Sequence record: OR525702.1
Source of the DNA: Escherichia phage vB-Eco-KMB23
Reading direction: 5' to 3' (one strand)
DNA: 64,000 nt
Positions 61,390 through 64,000 of this stretch are shown piece by piece. The notes below the pieces were generated by a model, which saw only the letters and a list, made by a program, of their open reading frames with translations, had not been told where the DNA came from and made no database searches. How positions within the stretch are numbered: the stretch's first letter is position 1; each line of letters opens with the position of its first letter. The translations under genes and the position numbers were made by a program.

Positions 61390-61454
61390 TTTCTGTTCCT
61401 CCGTAGTTGATAGAGTAATAATACCACGGAAGAACAGTCTTGTAAACAACTTTT

Positions 61455-61553
61455 TTAAAAATATTCGTAATAAATGTGAATACCAACTACTACCGCTGAA
61501 ACCTGTGCAACCCACCACGCGCAAGCAATAAGTACAGAATTCAAAATTTTCAT
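61455..61553 (-). CDS. small membrane peptide (32 aa)
   Basis: Hand-translated MKILNSVLIACAWWVAQVSAVVVGIHIYYEYF; GAGG RBS; ATG overlaps the upstream peptide stop. Confidence 0.35.
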   Translation of the reverse strand: MKILNSVLIACAWWVAQVSAVVVGIHIYYEYF

Positions 61554-61636
61554 AATAACCTCATTACAAAAGTAAATGTTAAACAAATTACTGGAATACT
61601 AATTAACCAAATAAAACACCACCATAATGAACTCAT
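61550..61636 (-). CDS. small membrane peptide (28 aa)
   Basis: Hand-translated MSSLWWCFIWLISIPVICLTFTFVMRLL; ATG overlaps the stop of the 61633..61896 ORF. Confidence 0.35.
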   Translation of the reverse strand: MSSLWWCFIWLISIPVICLTFTFVMRLL

Positions 61637-61896
61637 AGCTCAATCTCAGCGATTTTCATTTCATTACTATTAATAGCCGCTTTAAGACTATCTGAAAGAA
61701 TTACATTCCAGTGGTCATTCATATGACCATTAATTAAGCGTGTAATTTCTTCGGGAGTTGAAAAATAAGGCTGATCAGACTCCCAATGCGATAATCCTAA
61801 GCGAGTATAAATCATGCCTTCATCATCGCTAGAATATTCAACTGACACAAACTCATCAGTTATTTTATGTTTAGCGTAATAAAATTTAAATTTCAT
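61633..61896 (-). CDS. hypothetical protein (87 aa from ATG)
   Basis: ORF track begins at TTG 61908; ATG at 61896 is preceded by TTGGAGAATAAA, the same leader as the 30.7-like ORF. Confidence 0.5.
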   Translation of the reverse strand: MKFKFYYAKHKITDEFVSVEYSSDDEGMIYTRLGLSHWESDQPYFSTPEEITRLINGHMNDHWNVILSDSLKAAINSNEMKIAEIEL

Positions 61897-61929
61897 TTTA
61901 TTCTCCAAATCCGTATCAGTAGTTGATAG

Positions 61930-61965
61930 TTGTATAGTACCACGGTCCTTGTGGTATGTAAACTG
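61930..61965 (-). promoter_or_regulatory. early promoter (GTTTAC ... TGGTACTAT family)
   Basis: - strand TTTCACAAAACAGTTTAC -35 and GTGGTACTATACAACTATCAACTAC -10 region, shared with the motA and 41868 promoters. Confidence 0.5.
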
Positions 61966-61980
61966 TTTTGTGAAATTTTT

Positions 61981-62538
61981 TTAAATGGAAAGATACCATC
62001 CGTTGTAGTTGCTTTTTCTTACAACCCTACGAAGGTCTTCTCTGTCACCGATGAACTTCGGAGTGTACTGGATGACACCTGGATGAATTTCTTTAGTGTT
62101 GAATATAATTATACAGTCAGCGACTTGATGATTTAGAATGGGCCCTAAATTTATTCCAGAACCATATGGATACTCTCCGCTGCATCCCGTTGTTACCGAA
62201 ATCCAACGCGAGTCAGTTTGATGTGTTTTGACTTCTACACGAAGCCCGCAATATTTTGGATGCGCTAAAACATCCCATGCATACGTGTACGGATCATCGA
62301 CATTTTCTTGGCCTTTATTGACATATCCGCTTAGCCAATCTGCCACAAAAAACTCTGCGTACACAGCGATACGGCATCTTTCGATAACTTCTGCTTTATC
62401 CTGGTTCGGGTTTTGTTTTAAAGAGTATCTTGCTGTATCAGCAATTTTGACCTTCATTTCACTAGTCAAGTCACTGTTCGATAGGGTAAATGTCGGAATC
62501 TGAAATAGTCTCTGTAAACCCGGATTCGTTTTCTGCAT
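61981..62538 (-). CDS. denB: endonuclease IV (185 aa)
   Basis: 185 aa in the T4 denB position between ndd.x and rIIB; assignment by length and synteny. Confidence 0.75.
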   Translation of the reverse strand: MQKTNPGLQRLFQIPTFTLSNSDLTSEMKVKIADTARYSLKQNPNQDKAEVIERCRIAVYAEFFVADWLSGYVNKGQENVDDPYTYAWDVLAHPKYCGLRVEVKTHQTDSRWISVTTGCSGEYPYGSGINLGPILNHQVADCIIIFNTKEIHPGVIQYTPKFIGDREDLRRVVRKSNYNGWYLSI

Positions 62539-62800
62539 TTAGACTTTCCTTTTTACCGCTGAGATAAGCGTTATATACTTTAAGAGTGCCGTAATAAATT
62601 CGGTCATTTTCATCTAAAGACTCACGGTCAAGTTCATCGAGTTCCTTTTTATCCATGACTATAATATCATTGCAGTAAAGAAACCCAAGTTTTTCGTGAC
62701 CAAACTCAAATTTATTGCAGTACACAATATTAGCGTGATGATTTCCGTGCAGTTTAATCTCTTTTATGTCGGAATCACCGATATTCATACAATAAATCAT
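62471..62800 (-). CDS. hypothetical protein (109 aa)
   Basis: ATG start; acidic C-terminus; overlaps the denB 5' end by 68 nt. Confidence 0.5.
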   Translation of the reverse strand: MIYCMNIGDSDIKEIKLHGNHHANIVYCNKFEFGHEKLGFLYCNDIIVMDKKELDELDRESLDENDRIYYGTLKVYNAYLSGKKESLNAENESGFTETISDSDIYPIEQ

Positions 62801-62818
62801 AATTTTTCCTTAAAACAA

Positions 62819-62840
62819 AAGGGCCGAAGCCCTTTATTTT
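62819..62840. terminator. bidirectional hairpin terminator
   Basis: GGGC-CGAA-GCCC hairpin with an A-run upstream and T-run downstream. Confidence 0.55.
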
Positions 62841-63033
62841 ATTTGAATTGTGCAATTCTTTTCTCTAAACAATCTGCGTAAGATTTCATTGAGATGAATT
62901 GTGAAAGCAGTAATTCTTGCTCAACTTCATTAATCGTTATAAACTTTGTGCTTTCTAAAAATTTGCTCAGCGCATTAATTTTGAGCATTAATTGATCGTA
63001 TTCTTCTTTTACTCGTGCTTGATAACCTAACAT
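62839..63033 (-). CDS. hypothetical protein (64 aa)
   Basis: ORF downstream of rIIB with ATG and RBS AAGGAAAATT. Confidence 0.5.
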   Translation of the reverse strand: MLGYQARVKEEYDQLMLKINALSKFLESTKFITINEVEQELLLSQFISMKSYADCLEKRIAQFK

Positions 63034-63061
63034 AATTTTCCTTAGTTAAGGGCCGAAGCCC

Positions 63062-64000
63062 TTATTTGAATTGTTCAGTAACGTCTTCAACTACTTCGTA
63101 TTGGCAGGTACGCATTTTAGCATCGTTGTAATCAATCGGAATTGATACTACATCGCGAGGATGTACTTTAACTTTTACAACTCGGCTGGTTGAACTGCCA
63201 AAGTGACGAATATAAGATTTAGAACACACATGCAGACCACGAGAACAAGTTTGTGTATCATCGTCATTCACACGAGTACGTGGCATTTTAACTACTTTAC
63301 CAGGACTGTTATCAAAAGTATTTGAATGGCAGTCAAAGTAATTACTGCGAACTACTTTCCAAGCATAGAAGTAACCGTCTTCTGTAATTTCAATATCGTT
63401 TGCTACCAAGAAATCAAAGAGTCGAGATACCGCTTTCTGGCTTGGGTTTTCCAGCAGATTTTCCAAGAACGGAAAATAAAATTCAAAGTTTTCACCTTTT
63501 TCCATCGAATCGAGAATACGATCAACTAAACCAGACCGTAATTCGATATTTTGATAGAACAAGCTTCCGCCTTCAATTCGAACATCGCCGGAAATATATT
63601 TTTCAACAGCGCGACGAACGTTAATTTTTTGTGCCGCTTCTTCCAACTTATCTGCTACAAGCAGATTAAGAATTTCCTGGAAGTTTGAATGAGTATTAGG
63701 AGTTGCGTTATAAGTTACGCCGTCAACGGTAATTGAAATGAATTTTTTAGATGCATTCCAAATAATGTCAGATTTAGCAACTGGAGCAATAACTGCATCG
63801 CTATTAACTTTAATTGTAATATCACCGCTAATAGTAACTTTAGAGCGTTTAGCTTCTTCAGCATTTTTCAAAACACGACGAATTGTGTCAACCGATACAC
63901 CTTGCCAATCAGCCAATTCCTGTTGGGTGTAATTACCACTTGAATACAGCTTAACAATTTCAGCTTGTTCGTTTTTGGTCAGGCATTTAATATTGTACAT
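63062..64000 (-). CDS. rIIB: rIIB protein (312 aa), start codon at the window edge
   Basis: 312 aa as in T4; ATG is the last three bases of the window (MYNIKCLTKNEQAEIVKLYSSGNYTQQELADW...), HTH-like N-terminus. Confidence 0.9.
   Translation of the reverse strand: MYNIKCLTKNEQAEIVKLYSSGNYTQQELADWQGVSVDTIRRVLKNAEEAKRSKVTISGDITIKVNSDAVIAPVAKSDIIWNASKKFISITVDGVTYNATPNTHSNFQEILNLLVADKLEEAAQKINVRRAVEKYISGDVRIEGGSLFYQNIELRSGLVDRILDSMEKGENFEFYFPFLENLLENPSQKAVSRLFDFLVANDIEITEDGYFYAWKVVRSNYFDCHSNTFDNSPGKVVKMPRTRVNDDDTQTCSRGLHVCSKSYIRHFGSSTSRVVKVKVHPRDVVSIPIDYNDAKMRTCQYEVVEDVTEQFK

Noticed and set aside
58027-63932. Shadow ORFs in motA, gene 52, denB, the 109-aa ORF and rIIB (58027..58224, 59269..59547, 61930..62136, 62228..62503, 62696..62881, 63326..63529, 63400..63624, 63738..63932)
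   Set aside because: Overlap recognised genes on the opposite strand or in other frames.

Overview
This window reads as the right-hand ~64 kb of a T4-like (T-even, Tequatrovirus-type) myovirus genome, running in T4 map order from the major capsid gene 23 to rIIB, whose ATG is the last three bases of the window. All calls rest on reading the supplied six-frame translations and raw sequence against remembered T4 protein sequences, lengths and gene order; no database search was run. Late structural genes sit on the + strand (23, 24, baseplate hub 51-27-28-29-48-54, long tail fibre 34-35-36-37-38, holin t) and early/middle genes on the - strand (rnlB, hoc, inh, uvsY, 25/26, alt, DNA ligase 30, rIII, 31, cd, pseT, spanins, alc, rnlA, denA, nrdB, nrdA, td, frd, 32, 59, 33, dsbA, rnh, asiA, arn, motA, 52, stp, ndd, denB, rIIB). 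I see no tRNA, rRNA, CRISPR array, integrase or transposon. I did not find a clear multi-gene system that is obviously undescribed; most of the window is canonical T4 biology. The departures most worth a second look are: an extra 115-aa ORF at the frd/td junction (adjacent and overlapping in T4 as I recall it); two tandem Alt-like ADP-ribosyltransferase paralogues next to a NADAR-like and a HAD-like ORF; a recent tandem Ig-domain duplication in Hoc; an enlarged gp37 with internal repeats; a six-ORF cluster between frd and 32; and a 54-bp promoter/leader cassette present identically at two loci. td and nrdB are intronless and the segD/segE slots are empty. Several ORF-track entries begin at TTG/GTG; where a T4-consistent internal ATG exists I give the shorter coordinates. 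Regulatory coordinates are hand-read and approximate to a few bases.
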